From assembly GCA_965231215.1 (NCBI GenBank), contig OZ246423.1, forward strand, positions 544,001-608,000: 64,000 bases of DNA, in the 5' to 3' direction. Numbering within the stretch: position 1 is the stretch's first letter; each line of letters opens with the position of its first letter. Below, in pieces: positions 29,279 through 39,300 of this stretch. A model generated the notes under the pieces. The model made no database searches. It saw only the letters and a program-made list of their open reading frames with translations, and was not told the origin of the DNA. Both the position numbers and the translations under genes were made by a program. This stretch comes from Candidatus Altimarinota bacterium. Its GTDB lineage: Bacteria > Patescibacteriota > Gracilibacteria > UBA4473.

Positions 29279-30340
29279 TTAACGCCTAATGTTTCCAAAG
29301 ACTCTTGAACTTACAGCTGTTTGAAAGCTTAATGTTGGAAGTCCCGCAGAATCAAAACCGTATTGATCGGGATTCCTCAACTCTGTATCAATAGAAATAA
29401 AGACATGAGGATGTACTTGAGAATCGTCAATTCTAAAACTCAAATAAGGATCTCTATTAGGCGCTGGCTCAAAAAGAAGCGCATTTACCTTTATTGCTAC
29501 TGGTGAAATAGTCGTACTTTCATGGCCTCTATCACAAAAATCTTCATTAGTGGAATCTCCTAAAATCGGATATTCTTCAAAAATATTATCTCCATCTTTA
29601 TCATATAAAAGCTCACATCTAGCCTGACTCGTATCCCATTGCAAACCGACATCAGAGCTACTACCAGGGTCGATTAAATCCCCATCACCATTAGCATCAA
29701 ATGGCCCCCAGATATCGCCTGTTCCATCATTATCGGTATCGGCCGTAAGCTGTCTCTCAATCTCTATCGTATCATTACTTCCGTTATAATATAAAGCCGT
29801 TCTGAGCGTTCGTGCAGAATTAATAAGATAAAGAGTATTAAGATTTAGGTCTCTATCCCAAGCCGTAGAACATTCATCATCATCGGTTCCATTTGGTTTT
29901 TTTCCTCCTAAGTTACGATCTTGTTCTGAATCTCCATTCGTATCCCAATAAAAAATGGTATTATAGCCCAAAGCCGCCCTGTTAGACTGGTTAATAGCCT
30001 CATCAGCATTGTTGTTCTGTATACTCGCTCCATTAGGCACCTGTTGGGTATTAAAGCTCGTACATTTAGTAGCTCCTGGCCCCATTTCTATAAAAAATCG
30101 ATCGTAATCAATGGTGTTATTGCGAATAGTTTGAGCCATTCTTTCCATCAAAAATCTTCCTTCAGCATAAAAATCATGCGAAAACTGAACTCGCCTCTGA
30201 CTAAAATAAATAGAAGCCACAATACTAAGAGCCGAAGTAATCACAATCGCAGCAATACCGGTAGCTGACAGAGTCTCTAGCAGAGTAAATCCTTTGGATT
30301 TGCTTTTGGGTTTCCAGTGTATAAATCGTTTAATATTCAT
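29279..30340 (-). CDS. Type IV pilin-like (PilW-type) minor pilin with Asp-rich putative Ca-binding loops
   Basis: KG|FTLLE prepilin motif; DTNGDS, DTDNDG, DANGDGD, DKDGDN loops. Confidence 0.8.
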   Translation of the reverse strand: MNIKRFIHWKPKSKSKGFTLLETLSATGIAAIVITSALSIVASIYFSQRRVQFSHDFYAEGRFLMERMAQTIRNNTIDYDRFFIEMGPGATKCTSFNTQQVPNGASIQNNNADEAINQSNRAALGYNTIFYWDTNGDSEQDRNLGGKKPNGTDDDECSTAWDRDLNLNTLYLINSARTLRTALYYNGSNDTIEIERQLTADTDNDGTGDIWGPFDANGDGDLIDPGSSSDVGLQWDTSQARCELLYDKDGDNIFEEYPILGDSTNEDFCDRGHESTTISPVAIKVNALLFEPAPNRDPYLSFRIDDSQVHPHVFISIDTELRNPDQYGFDSAGLPTLSFQTAVSSRVFGNIRR

Positions 30341-31043
30341 GCCGTTCAAAAAAATCAAATAAATGCCCTTCTAACAGCGTTGTCCGCAGTCTTCCCTCTT
30401 CCAGCCACTGTACCCGTGACACAACTTTCAAGCGGGCATTATCACAACTCGCATCATCTGAATCGCAAAAAGTCGGAGGAGTCCCTTCATAAGGATTATC
30501 TTTATTCAAAAAAATCTGCCGATAAAAATTCGTCCCCTCAGTCGTAGTCGTATGGGTATATCTTCCCGCCGTTGTTTGGTACAAACGCAGTGGAGCCTGA
30601 TTCGTTTGGGCGCTGTCGCTTAAATCAAGATCCGCCTGCAAAGACGTAAGTTCTAGGTAGTACCGGTTATCGGTTAAATCGTAATCTAAAAGGTAGTAGG
30701 TGCCTGTACCACCTGAGTCCATAGTGCCGCCACCCCCACTGGGGAAACAGGCATTTTTATCCGCCGTAGTATCTAAACATAACCATTTATTTCTTCTATC
30801 ACCTGAATATTTAAGCCAATTGGTATCACGAATATTTCGAACCCCCTCAATCCCTTCACGCGCAATATTGAGAGAAATAATCCGATTTCGGATATTAATA
30901 TTGGTCTGAACCGCTCGATTTAAAATGGTAAATGTAGCGACCAAAACACTGCTCAAAAGAGCCGTTGAAACTACTACCTCTAGGATGGAATCTCCACGAG
31001 CTTTCCATTGTCTTTTAAACCACAAAGTAATTTTATTTTTCAT
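30330..31043 (-). CDS. PilV-like minor pilin
   Basis: RG|DSILEV, AREGIEGVRNIRDTNW, VVSRVQW. Confidence 0.75.
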   Translation of the reverse strand: MKNKITLWFKRQWKARGDSILEVVVSTALLSSVLVATFTILNRAVQTNINIRNRIISLNIAREGIEGVRNIRDTNWLKYSGDRRNKWLCLDTTADKNACFPSGGGGTMDSGGTGTYYLLDYDLTDNRYYLELTSLQADLDLSDSAQTNQAPLRLYQTTAGRYTHTTTTEGTNFYRQIFLNKDNPYEGTPPTFCDSDDASCDNARLKVVSRVQWLEEGRLRTTLLEGHLFDFFERHEY

Positions 31044-31045
31044 TT

Positions 31046-31630
31046 TTAGTAAGTCGGGCAGGTAGTTCCAGACTTGTTAAAGGTAGGAAACCCAGAAACT
31101 CTATTAAAACAAATAGTCTGCTGAAAACTACTATTGGTATGCCCTAAAATATTAGTGACTGATTCGGCTTTTTTATCACTTCCATCATTGTATTCCAGCT
31201 TTGACTGACCTCCACCAGAAAAAAAGATATAAGAAACACTCACTGGAAAACTCGAAGTCATTACAGAGGGGTCTTGATCTTCATTAAAATCCATAGATTC
31301 AAGATCGATTTTTTCTGGACTTACCGTAGCACGCTCTATCGTGTAGTTTGTCGAATCATAAAAACATTGCAGGTCGTAGGTAAAACTCCCTAGAGTCGGT
31401 ATCATTACCGCTCTCCAGTTGATGGCGGTAGACCCATTACTACATTTTTTGTTGGTCATAGCAGCATTACGCGCATCTACAATCGTGTCAAAAAAAGCCT
31501 GAACTTCACTTCTATACTGATCCCTGTCACGTAGACGCCAAAACTCAGGCGCCGAAATAGTAGCAATAATCCCCAAAATGGTCATAGTCGCCAAAACCTC
31601 AATAAGCGAGAATCCAGATTTTCGAAACAT
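31046..31630 (-). CDS. FimT/GspH-like prepilin
   Basis: SG|FSLIEVL, then DARNAAM. Confidence 0.8.
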   Translation of the reverse strand: MFRKSGFSLIEVLATMTILGIIATISAPEFWRLRDRDQYRSEVQAFFDTIVDARNAAMTNKKCSNGSTAINWRAVMIPTLGSFTYDLQCFYDSTNYTIERATVSPEKIDLESMDFNEDQDPSVMTSSFPVSVSYIFFSGGGQSKLEYNDGSDKKAESVTNILGHTNSSFQQTICFNRVSGFPTFNKSGTTCPTY

Positions 31631-31685
31631 CGTTCCTATTGTAGGAAAAAAAGTTTCGGTTACAATCTCGCTCGAATAGAAGCAC

Positions 31686-33491
31686 ATGGAAATTAGAAAT
31701 TTTTGTATTATTGCACATATTGATCACGGAAAGTCCACCTTGGCTGACCGATTCCTAGAGATTACGGGCACCGTTGATAAACGCGATATGAAAAACGACC
31801 AGCTCCTCGATACCATGGAACTGGAACAAGAACGGGGGATCACCATCAAATTGCAGCCGGTTCGAATGAACTGGAAAACTCATCAGTTGAACCTAATTGA
31901 TACCCCGGGACATGTAGATTTTTCCTATGAAGTTTCTCGGTCACTCGCGGCCTGCGAAGGCGCTATTTTGGTCGTAGATGCAACGCAAGGTATTGAAGCA
32001 CAAACCCTCGCTAATGTTTTCCTCGCCATGGAACACGGTTTAGAAGTAATTCCCGTGTTAAACAAAATTGATCTCCCTGCCGCAGAGCCAGAACGCCGAG
32101 CCCAAGAAATTGAAAATGTTTTGGGATTCAAAGCCGAAGAAATTTTATCAGTTTCGGCTAAAGATGGAACTAATGTAGATACCCTTTTAGACACTATTGT
32201 AGAAAAAATTCCAGCACCAGACAATAACCAAGTATTCCAGCATAAGGATGTATTTGCCGATAGCAGTGAAACTAAGGCCCTTATTTTTGATTCTACCTTT
32301 GATACCTACCGAGGGGTCGTCTGTTCAGTACGGGTTTTCGGAGGCGCCATTAAAAAGGGAGAAAAACTTAAACTCCTGCGAACTAATCGTGAAATTGAGG
32401 CTCTAGAAGTGGGATACCTAAACCCTAAATACAATGCTACCCCAAGCCTTAAACGAGGGGAAGTGGGATATATCGTTACCGGGCTTAAAAATGTAGTAGA
32501 TGCCCGAGTTGGCGAAACTATTTATCACGGGAAAAACCAAGAAAAAACACTCCCCTTGCCAGGATACAGTGAAGTAACGCCTTTTGTATATGCTGGAATT
32601 TTCCCCACATCGGGCGATGATTTTTCACTCCTGCGGAAGGCTCTAGAAAAACTTTCACTTAACGACGCCTCACTCAAATACGACCCAGAAAATTCATCCG
32701 CTCTAGGACATGGATTTCGGGTTGGATTTCTAGGATTGCTGCATCTAGACATTGTGCAAGAACGCTTAGAGCGCGAATTTGATCTGGATATTTTAGTAAC
32801 CGCCCCTTCAGTTTTTTATGAAATTGAACTCACAGATAACACCAAAACCATAATCTCCAACCCTGGAGAACTCCCAGAAAAAACACTCTATAACACCATT
32901 GCCGAACCCTGGATGAAGATCAATATTTTATGTCCTTCAGACCAAATTGGAGGGATTATGAAGCTCTGTACAGACCGGCGAGGCCTTTCTACTAACATTC
33001 AATACACGACAGAAAACCGGGTAGAAATGCATTTTGAAATTCCGCTCGCCTCAATCGTTACAGATTTCTACGACGACTTAAAATCCATCTCTTCTGGCTA
33101 CGCCTCTATGAGCTACGAACCCATAGGCCTACGTGAAGGGGCTCTCGTACGCTTAGACATTTTAGTTGCCGGTGATCGAGTCGATGCCCTCAGTCAAATT
33201 GTACACAAAGATGACGCCTACAATATTGGAATAAAATGGTGTGAAAAACTCAAAGAAATCATTCCAAAAGCGCAATTCGCCATCGCTATCCAAGCCGCTG
33301 TTGGAGCCAAAATCATCGCCCGTGAAACCATTCCTGCCCTACGCAAAGATGTAACCGCCAAGCTCTACGGAGGAGACGTCAGCCGAAAGAAAAAACTGCT
33401 CAAAAAACAAAAAGAAGGGAAAAAACGACTCAAGCAATTTGGATCAGTAACTATTCCACAAGCAGCTTTCTTCGCCATGATGAAGAAATAA
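31686..33491 (+). CDS. lepA: Elongation factor 4 (LepA)
   Basis: IRNFCIIAHIDHGKSTLADR, DTPGHVDF, GFLGLLH, RKDVTAKLYGGD. Confidence 0.98.
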   Translation: MEIRNFCIIAHIDHGKSTLADRFLEITGTVDKRDMKNDQLLDTMELEQERGITIKLQPVRMNWKTHQLNLIDTPGHVDFSYEVSRSLAACEGAILVVDATQGIEAQTLANVFLAMEHGLEVIPVLNKIDLPAAEPERRAQEIENVLGFKAEEILSVSAKDGTNVDTLLDTIVEKIPAPDNNQVFQHKDVFADSSETKALIFDSTFDTYRGVVCSVRVFGGAIKKGEKLKLLRTNREIEALEVGYLNPKYNATPSLKRGEVGYIVTGLKNVVDARVGETIYHGKNQEKTLPLPGYSEVTPFVYAGIFPTSGDDFSLLRKALEKLSLNDASLKYDPENSSALGHGFRVGFLGLLHLDIVQERLEREFDLDILVTAPSVFYEIELTDNTKTIISNPGELPEKTLYNTIAEPWMKINILCPSDQIGGIMKLCTDRRGLSTNIQYTTENRVEMHFEIPLASIVTDFYDDLKSISSGYASMSYEPIGLREGALVRLDILVAGDRVDALSQIVHKDDAYNIGIKWCEKLKEIIPKAQFAIAIQAAVGAKIIARETIPALRKDVTAKLYGGDVSRKKKLLKKQKEGKKRLKQFGSVTIPQAAFFAMMKK

Positions 33492-33563
33492 CAAAAACTT
33501 TAAAAAGTGTTATATTTGCATAAATTATAGATTTATCAATTTTTTTGAGGTATAATAGTAGTA

Positions 33564-33815
33564 ATGGAAAAAGTAGCAGAGCAAATAGAAATGAATTTTG
33601 AGCCAGTTCAGCCAGGCGAAACTAGTCCGCCTGATAAAGAGGAGTTGGAACAGGCTTTGGCCAACTATGACAGACTAGACGACCAATGGGACAAATTAAA
33701 CCCAGGAAGAGATCAAAGAGAAATGGCGGAACTAAGAGCACAAATGGAATCTATATTAAAGGAAATTGGGATCACTACTAGGATAGAATTAGGAAAAAGG
33801 GCAAAAGAGTTTTAA
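33564..33815 (+). CDS. Hypothetical protein
   Basis: 83 aa; TATAAT 7 nt upstream of the ATG. Confidence 0.6.
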   Translation: MEKVAEQIEMNFEPVQPGETSPPDKEELEQALANYDRLDDQWDKLNPGRDQREMAELRAQMESILKEIGITTRIELGKRAKEF

Positions 33816-33875
33816 CAAAAATTTTAAAACCTAGCATATTTAATTTAGTATTTGTTTGATATTAAATTTTTCAAT

Positions 33876-34631
33876 ATGGAATTGTTCTTTTTATTACCGG
33901 TAATCGTTATTTTAATGGTAGTTTTCCTTCGCCAGGTAAACCAATATGAGCGAGGCGTTCTTTTTACGCTAGGACGTTTTAGCGGTATAAAAGATCCAGG
34001 ATGGAGAATTGTTATTCCTGTTTTTCAATCAATGACAAAGGTCGACATCAGAACCAAAGCCGTAGATGTACCAGACCAAGAAGCCATTACCAAGGATAAT
34101 ATTCCTGTACGAATAAACGCAGTAGTCTACTACAAAATCCAAGACGCTGCTAAATCTATTTTAGAAGTAGAAAACTTCTTTTGGGCTACCTCACAAGTAG
34201 CACAAACCACGATGCGAAACGCCGTAGGAGAAGTAACGCTTGATGAGCTACTTCAAAAAAGAGCTTCCATTGCCGAAAAAATAAAAGTCACTGTGGACAA
34301 GATCACCGACCCTTGGGGCATCGATGTGGAATCAGTGGAACTGAAAGACGTCATTATCCCAGAAGGCCTTAAACGAACTATTTCTAAAGAAGCTGAAGCC
34401 GAACGTGAAAAAAGATCCGTTATTATCAAAGCGGAAGGAGAAAAAATCGCCGCCGAAAACCTTACCGCCGCCGCTAAAATGCTGGGGGAAGCGAATGGAG
34501 CCCTACACCTAAGAACACTACAATCAATTAACGATCTGAGCTCTGACCAATCCAATACCACTATCTGGATGGTACCAGTAGAAGGGTTCGCCGCGCTCAA
34601 AGGGTTAGCAGAAAAACTCGGGAAAAATTAA
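33876..34631 (+). CDS. SPFH/band 7 (stomatin/slipin) protein
   Basis: QYERGVLFTLG, QEAITKDN, AQTTMRN, EAEREKR, LHLRTLQ. Confidence 0.93.
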   Translation: MELFFLLPVIVILMVVFLRQVNQYERGVLFTLGRFSGIKDPGWRIVIPVFQSMTKVDIRTKAVDVPDQEAITKDNIPVRINAVVYYKIQDAAKSILEVENFFWATSQVAQTTMRNAVGEVTLDELLQKRASIAEKIKVTVDKITDPWGIDVESVELKDVIIPEGLKRTISKEAEAEREKRSVIIKAEGEKIAAENLTAAAKMLGEANGALHLRTLQSINDLSSDQSNTTIWMVPVEGFAALKGLAEKLGKN

Positions 34632-34796
34632 TTTTCCTTTTTAAACTCTCCCCTCATCAGGGGGGGGAGAAGGGAAAGGCAAATAATATTTCTAATATGA
34701 AATGAACTTAGAAGGTTTAGAAACTCTTTATTAGGCTGGCCTTTTTTTGCCTTCTTTTTGGCCACACAAAAAATGAACAGGTATAATCAAACTGTT

Positions 34797-36089
34797 ATGA
34801 ACGAACTTTTCCAAATACTTTCCCCTGATAATCACATCTATCAGTTTTTACTGGCAGTATTGTTAGGCGCCTTTGTTGGTCTGCGACGGGAACTAGAAGC
34901 TCAGAATAAAAAAAAGGAAAGCTTCATGGGCTTCAGAACCATGTCGCTTATGTCTTCCCTCGGAGTCGTTTCTACCTTTTTCCCAGAAATGCCCTACCTC
35001 CCAGCAGTCTGTTTTGTGGGGCTCCTAATGTTTTTAGGAATTGCCTATGCCAATGGAACCTTTCGTTTGAAATTAATAGGAATGACCTCAGAAATTTCGG
35101 CTCTTTTTATGTTTTGGGTTGGAGTTTTAATAGGCTATGAACAACAAGTTTTGGCAGTTATATTAACAGTTTTTATCGGGAGTCTAAATGCGTTCAAAGA
35201 AGAACTTCACCACTTTGCCGGAACCATTAGCCCCAAGGAATGGTCCGGGGCGTTACAACTTTTAATACTCTCTGGAGCTGTCTTGCCCTTCCTCCCACAA
35301 CAGCCAGTAGATCCTTGGGGGGTGTTAGTCCCTTTCAATATATGGTTTCTGGTAATACTGATTTCGGCGATTGGGTTCTTGGGGTACTTCTCTACCAAAT
35401 ATATGGGCGTCAAAGGCGGTATTCCTTTGGTCGCTTTTTTAGGGTCTATTGTGTCCAGTACAGCCGTAACCACCTCACTGGCCGACCAGTCTAAACGATC
35501 AAAATTAACCGGCATTTTTACTGTGGGAATTTTGTTAGCCGTGGCCACTATGAATATTCGAGTAGCAGCAGAAATTATTTTTTGGGGAACTCCCGCAATG
35601 ATTCAGAGCTTGGTTTTTATCCCTTTGTTTATGTTTTTTGCGGGACTAGTTGCGGCCAGTTATTTTTTTCACGAAACCAATAAAAAACATCAATTTAGTA
35701 CCAAAACTAAAGGCATGACCTCTGAACTTCACCTCCAAAGCCCTTTTGAAATTGTGCCAGCCCTTAAATTTGGAGGGATTTTCGTTGTGGTGCTTATAGC
35801 CCTAGCCTTAGGGCAAAAATACTTGGGAGACTCTGGCGTTTATGCCGCCGCATTCTTTTCCGGATTTGTAGATGTAGATGCGATTGTGCTTTCGACTCTG
35901 GAATCCGTAAAGTTAGGAGAAATGCCACAGCCTCTAGCTGAGCGAGCCATAATTTTAGCCGTGATGGTAAATAATGCCGTAAAAATTCTGTATGTAGCTA
36001 TTTTAGGAGGACGAAAACTGGTGGCCAAAGTATCAATGGGAATTGGTTTCACTATTGCCGCTGGATTTGTAGCGGTGTTTTTGTTTTAA
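34797..36089 (+). CDS. MgtC/SapB family protein with DUF4010
   Basis: LGAFVGLRRE, GFRT, LPFLP, GSIVSSTAVT, SGFVDVDAI. Confidence 0.88.
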   Translation: MNELFQILSPDNHIYQFLLAVLLGAFVGLRRELEAQNKKKESFMGFRTMSLMSSLGVVSTFFPEMPYLPAVCFVGLLMFLGIAYANGTFRLKLIGMTSEISALFMFWVGVLIGYEQQVLAVILTVFIGSLNAFKEELHHFAGTISPKEWSGALQLLILSGAVLPFLPQQPVDPWGVLVPFNIWFLVILISAIGFLGYFSTKYMGVKGGIPLVAFLGSIVSSTAVTTSLADQSKRSKLTGIFTVGILLAVATMNIRVAAEIIFWGTPAMIQSLVFIPLFMFFAGLVAASYFFHETNKKHQFSTKTKGMTSELHLQSPFEIVPALKFGGIFVVVLIALALGQKYLGDSGVYAAAFFSGFVDVDAIVLSTLESVKLGEMPQPLAERAIILAVMVNNAVKILYVAILGGRKLVAKVSMGIGFTIAAGFVAVFLF

Positions 36090-36109
36090 ACATTTTCTGT
36101 AAAAACTTA

Positions 36110-36138
36110 TTTACAAAGTTTGGCTTCAGGCTTATATT
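36110..36138 (+). promoter_or_regulatory. Sigma70-type promoter of the ileS leader
   Basis: TTTACA (36110-36115), 17-nt spacer, TATATT (36133-36138). Confidence 0.65.
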
Positions 36139-36164
36139 CGCCATAAGTTCTTTTTTAAAATAAA

Positions 36165-36354
36165 TTCTGTTGAGCGGTTATCACCCGCAATCTTGCCAGG
36201 CAAGACAGAAGCTGGAAGAAATTAACCTTAGTTAAAACTAGAACCAGCCGGATTTTTGGAAACTTTTCCCGTCAGAAAAAAAATAAAGCAAAACGCAGAG
36301 TTGGTACCGTCCAAATTTTGGACACTCGCACGAATATTTTTATTCGTCCTTTTT
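36165..36354 (+). promoter_or_regulatory. Isoleucine T-box riboswitch, ultrashort Stem I type
   Basis: GCGG-TTATCAC-CCGC with ATC specifier at 36180-82; Stem II GCTGG-AAGAA...TAGAA-CCAGC; CCGTCA F-box; antiterminator GAGT-TGGTACC-GTCCAA-ATT-TTGGAC-ACTC (36298-36327); competing hairpin ending GTCC-TTTTT-ATG. Confidence 0.88.
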
Positions 36355-39300
36355 ATGAACCAAAAATTCTTCTCGACTCCAGATCCAAAAACTTCAGTAG
36401 ATGAAGTAGAACAAAATATTCTTGAATTTTGGAACAAAAAAAACATCTTCCAGCAATCTATAGATAGCCGCGATCCAAATAAAGAATTTGTGTTTTTTGA
36501 TGGGCCTCCGTTCGCTACTGGAACGCCTCATTACGGGCACATCTTGGCTGGAACTATCAAAGACGCCATCCCCAGGTACTGGACCATGAAAGGCTACCGC
36601 GTCCCCCGAAAGTGGGGATGGGACTGTCACGGAGTACCCGTTGAATACGGAGTAGAAAAGGAACACGGCATCAAAGGAAAACCTGAAATTGAAGAAATGG
36701 GAGTCGCTAAGTTTAATGAAATGTGTCGCGACGTGGTCCTTAGATACGCCAATGAATGGGAAGCTACCGTCGACCGAATGGGACGATTCGTAGACTTCAA
36801 AGACGATTACAAAACGATGGATCCAGAATTTATGGAATCCGTCTGGTGGGTCTTTAAATCTTTGTGGGACAAAGGGCTTATTTATGAAGGACACAAAGTT
36901 GTGGCTTACAGCCCAAAGCTTGGAAGTCCTCTTTCTAACTTTGAAGCCAATCTCAATTACCAAGACATTGATGACCCGGCTGTAACCGTAAAATTTGAAC
37001 TCATAGACGAAGTAGAGGTAAAACCAGTTCATGACAAAAAAACCTACATCCTTGCGTGGACTACAACCCCCTGGACACTGCCTAGCAACTGTGGCCTCGG
37101 GATGGGAAGAGATCATGAATATATTTTGATTGAACATGAAGGAGAATACTTTTGGATTGCTGAAGGAGCGGCCACGAGATACTTCCCAGAAGATTTTGAA
37201 GTCCTCGCACGACGCAAAGGATCAGAATTTAAAGGGCTCAGATACAGACCCCTCTTTGATTTTTTTGATGATGGCAGCGACCCCAATCGGTTTCAAGTTA
37301 TCCACGATGACGGAGATTATGTATCGCTTCAAGAAGGGACTGGGATAGTGCACTTTGCTCCATTTTTTGGAGCCGAAGACGCTGAGCTCTGTGCTAAATA
37401 CGACATTCATGGAGTAAACCCCATCAACGATGATGGATACTTTACCGAGGCCGCTCCACCGCTAGAAGGAAAATATTTCCGTGAAGATTCCGAAGTTGAA
37501 GGATCAAAAGAAAATAATGCTAATATGTGGGTGATCAACGCCCTTAAAGAATCTGGCCTTCTTTTTCGAAGAGACCAGGTGCGGCACTCTTATCCTCACT
37601 GTTGGCGAACCGATTGTGCACTGATGTATCGTGGGGTAACCACTTGGTTTGTAAAGGTAACCGACTTCAAAGATGACATGATGACCCAAAATCAAAACAT
37701 TAACTGGACTCCAGAACACATCAAAAACGGTCGTTTTGGGAAAATCCTTGAAGGAGCACCAGACTGGGCCATTTCCAGAAACCGATACTGGGGATGTCCA
37801 CTCCCTATCTGGCGATGTGACAAAACTGGAGTTATTGAAGTTATGGGATCTAAAGAAGATTTAGAAAAAAAAGCCGGAGTTTCGGTTTCAGACCTGCACC
37901 GACATTTTATTGATGACCTCACCTGGGAAAATCCCAAAACCGGGGGTACGATGAGACGAATTGAAGAGGTCTTAGATTGTTGGTTTGAGTCTGGTTCTAT
38001 GCCCTACGCCTCAATCCATTACCCATTTTGTGAAAGTGGGAAATATGAATTACAAAGTGCGAAATCCAAAGAAGAAAAAGAAAAGTGTTGGGAGTTTTTT
38101 GTGAAGATGTGGAAAGGTGAATTTGGTTTTGAAATCGATACACCAGAAAGGAAAGAAAACTTCATGGAGGTTTCTAAAACGTGGTACGTAGAAGAAGATA
38201 AAAAACTGTTGGGATCGCTTGAACTCTACTGGGAAAAAACCAATAAATGTTGGAATATTGGTCGTATTGGAGTCATTAAAGACGAACGCAGAACAGGCAT
38301 TGGAACAGCTCTCATGGAAGCAGCTGAAACGTTTTTACAACAAGAAAACCAAACAGAAACAAGCCTTAATGGAGAACAAAAAAGTGCTGGATTTTATGAA
38401 AAATTAGGGTTTGAAAAGATTTCTGAATTTGAACCAGCCGACAAAAACCCTGAAGTCTTAGCTGCCAAATTTACAAAAAAACTATCAACTATCAACCATC
38501 AACCAACCACCTTCCGAACTGCCAATTTCATTTCTGAAGGCATGGATCAGACTCGTGGATGGTTTTACACCCTTCACGTACTCGGGACGGCACTCTTTGG
38601 AAAAAATATTTTTGATAACGTTATCTGTAGTGGAATCGTTCTGGCCGAAGACGGACAAAAAATGTCTAAGTCAAAGAAAAACTACCCAGATCCAAGCCTT
38701 ATTTTTGAAAAATACGGTGCCGATTCAATGCGATTTTATCTCCTACAGTCCCCGGTAGCGACTAAAGGAGAAAGCCTTAAATTTATTGAACGTGAAGTTG
38801 AAGAAGTCCTCAAAAATACCGTACTCCCACTTAAAAATGCCTACCAATTTCTTTCTATGTACGCTGAAATTGACCGATGGTCTCCCACTAAATTTACCTG
38901 GATGAGACATGGAGAAGCCATGCACAATGTAAACCAAACCTACGCGGGAAAAGAAGAAAACTGCAAAGGACTCACAGACACCGGGAAGGCGCAAGCCGAA
39001 AGTCTAAAAGAAATAGTGACTGATTTTGATCACTTAGTAGCTTCGCCCCTTCCAAGAGCTCAAGAAACAGCCACTATTGTAGGGGAGAAATTTGAAACCG
39101 ACGACCGACTCAGAGAAATCAATTTTGGAAATCTTGAAGGTACCCCGTGGAAACCTATTCCAGAAAGACTAGCCAACGACACTACCGAAAACCTAGACGA
39201 GACTCAAACCCGAGCCGAATCTATCATGCACGATTTGAATAAAAGCCATTATGGACAACACATTGGTTTAGTCACTCATGCAGCCCTGATTAGATGTGCC

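Noticed and set aside
36256-36354. N-terminal extension of IleRS given in the ORF track
   Set aside because: It overlaps the T-box antiterminator; the ATG at 36355 fits the homologous N-terminus.
36394-37137. Long antisense ORFs (also 42273-42932, 28514-28942 and similar)
   Set aside because: They are shadows of well-supported genes on the opposite strand and show no motifs.
38029-38511. Intein in IleRS (insert starts with Cys and has HQ near its end)
   Set aside because: HQ is followed by Pro rather than Cys/Ser/Thr, no Hint blocks are visible, and the insert has clear GNAT motifs.
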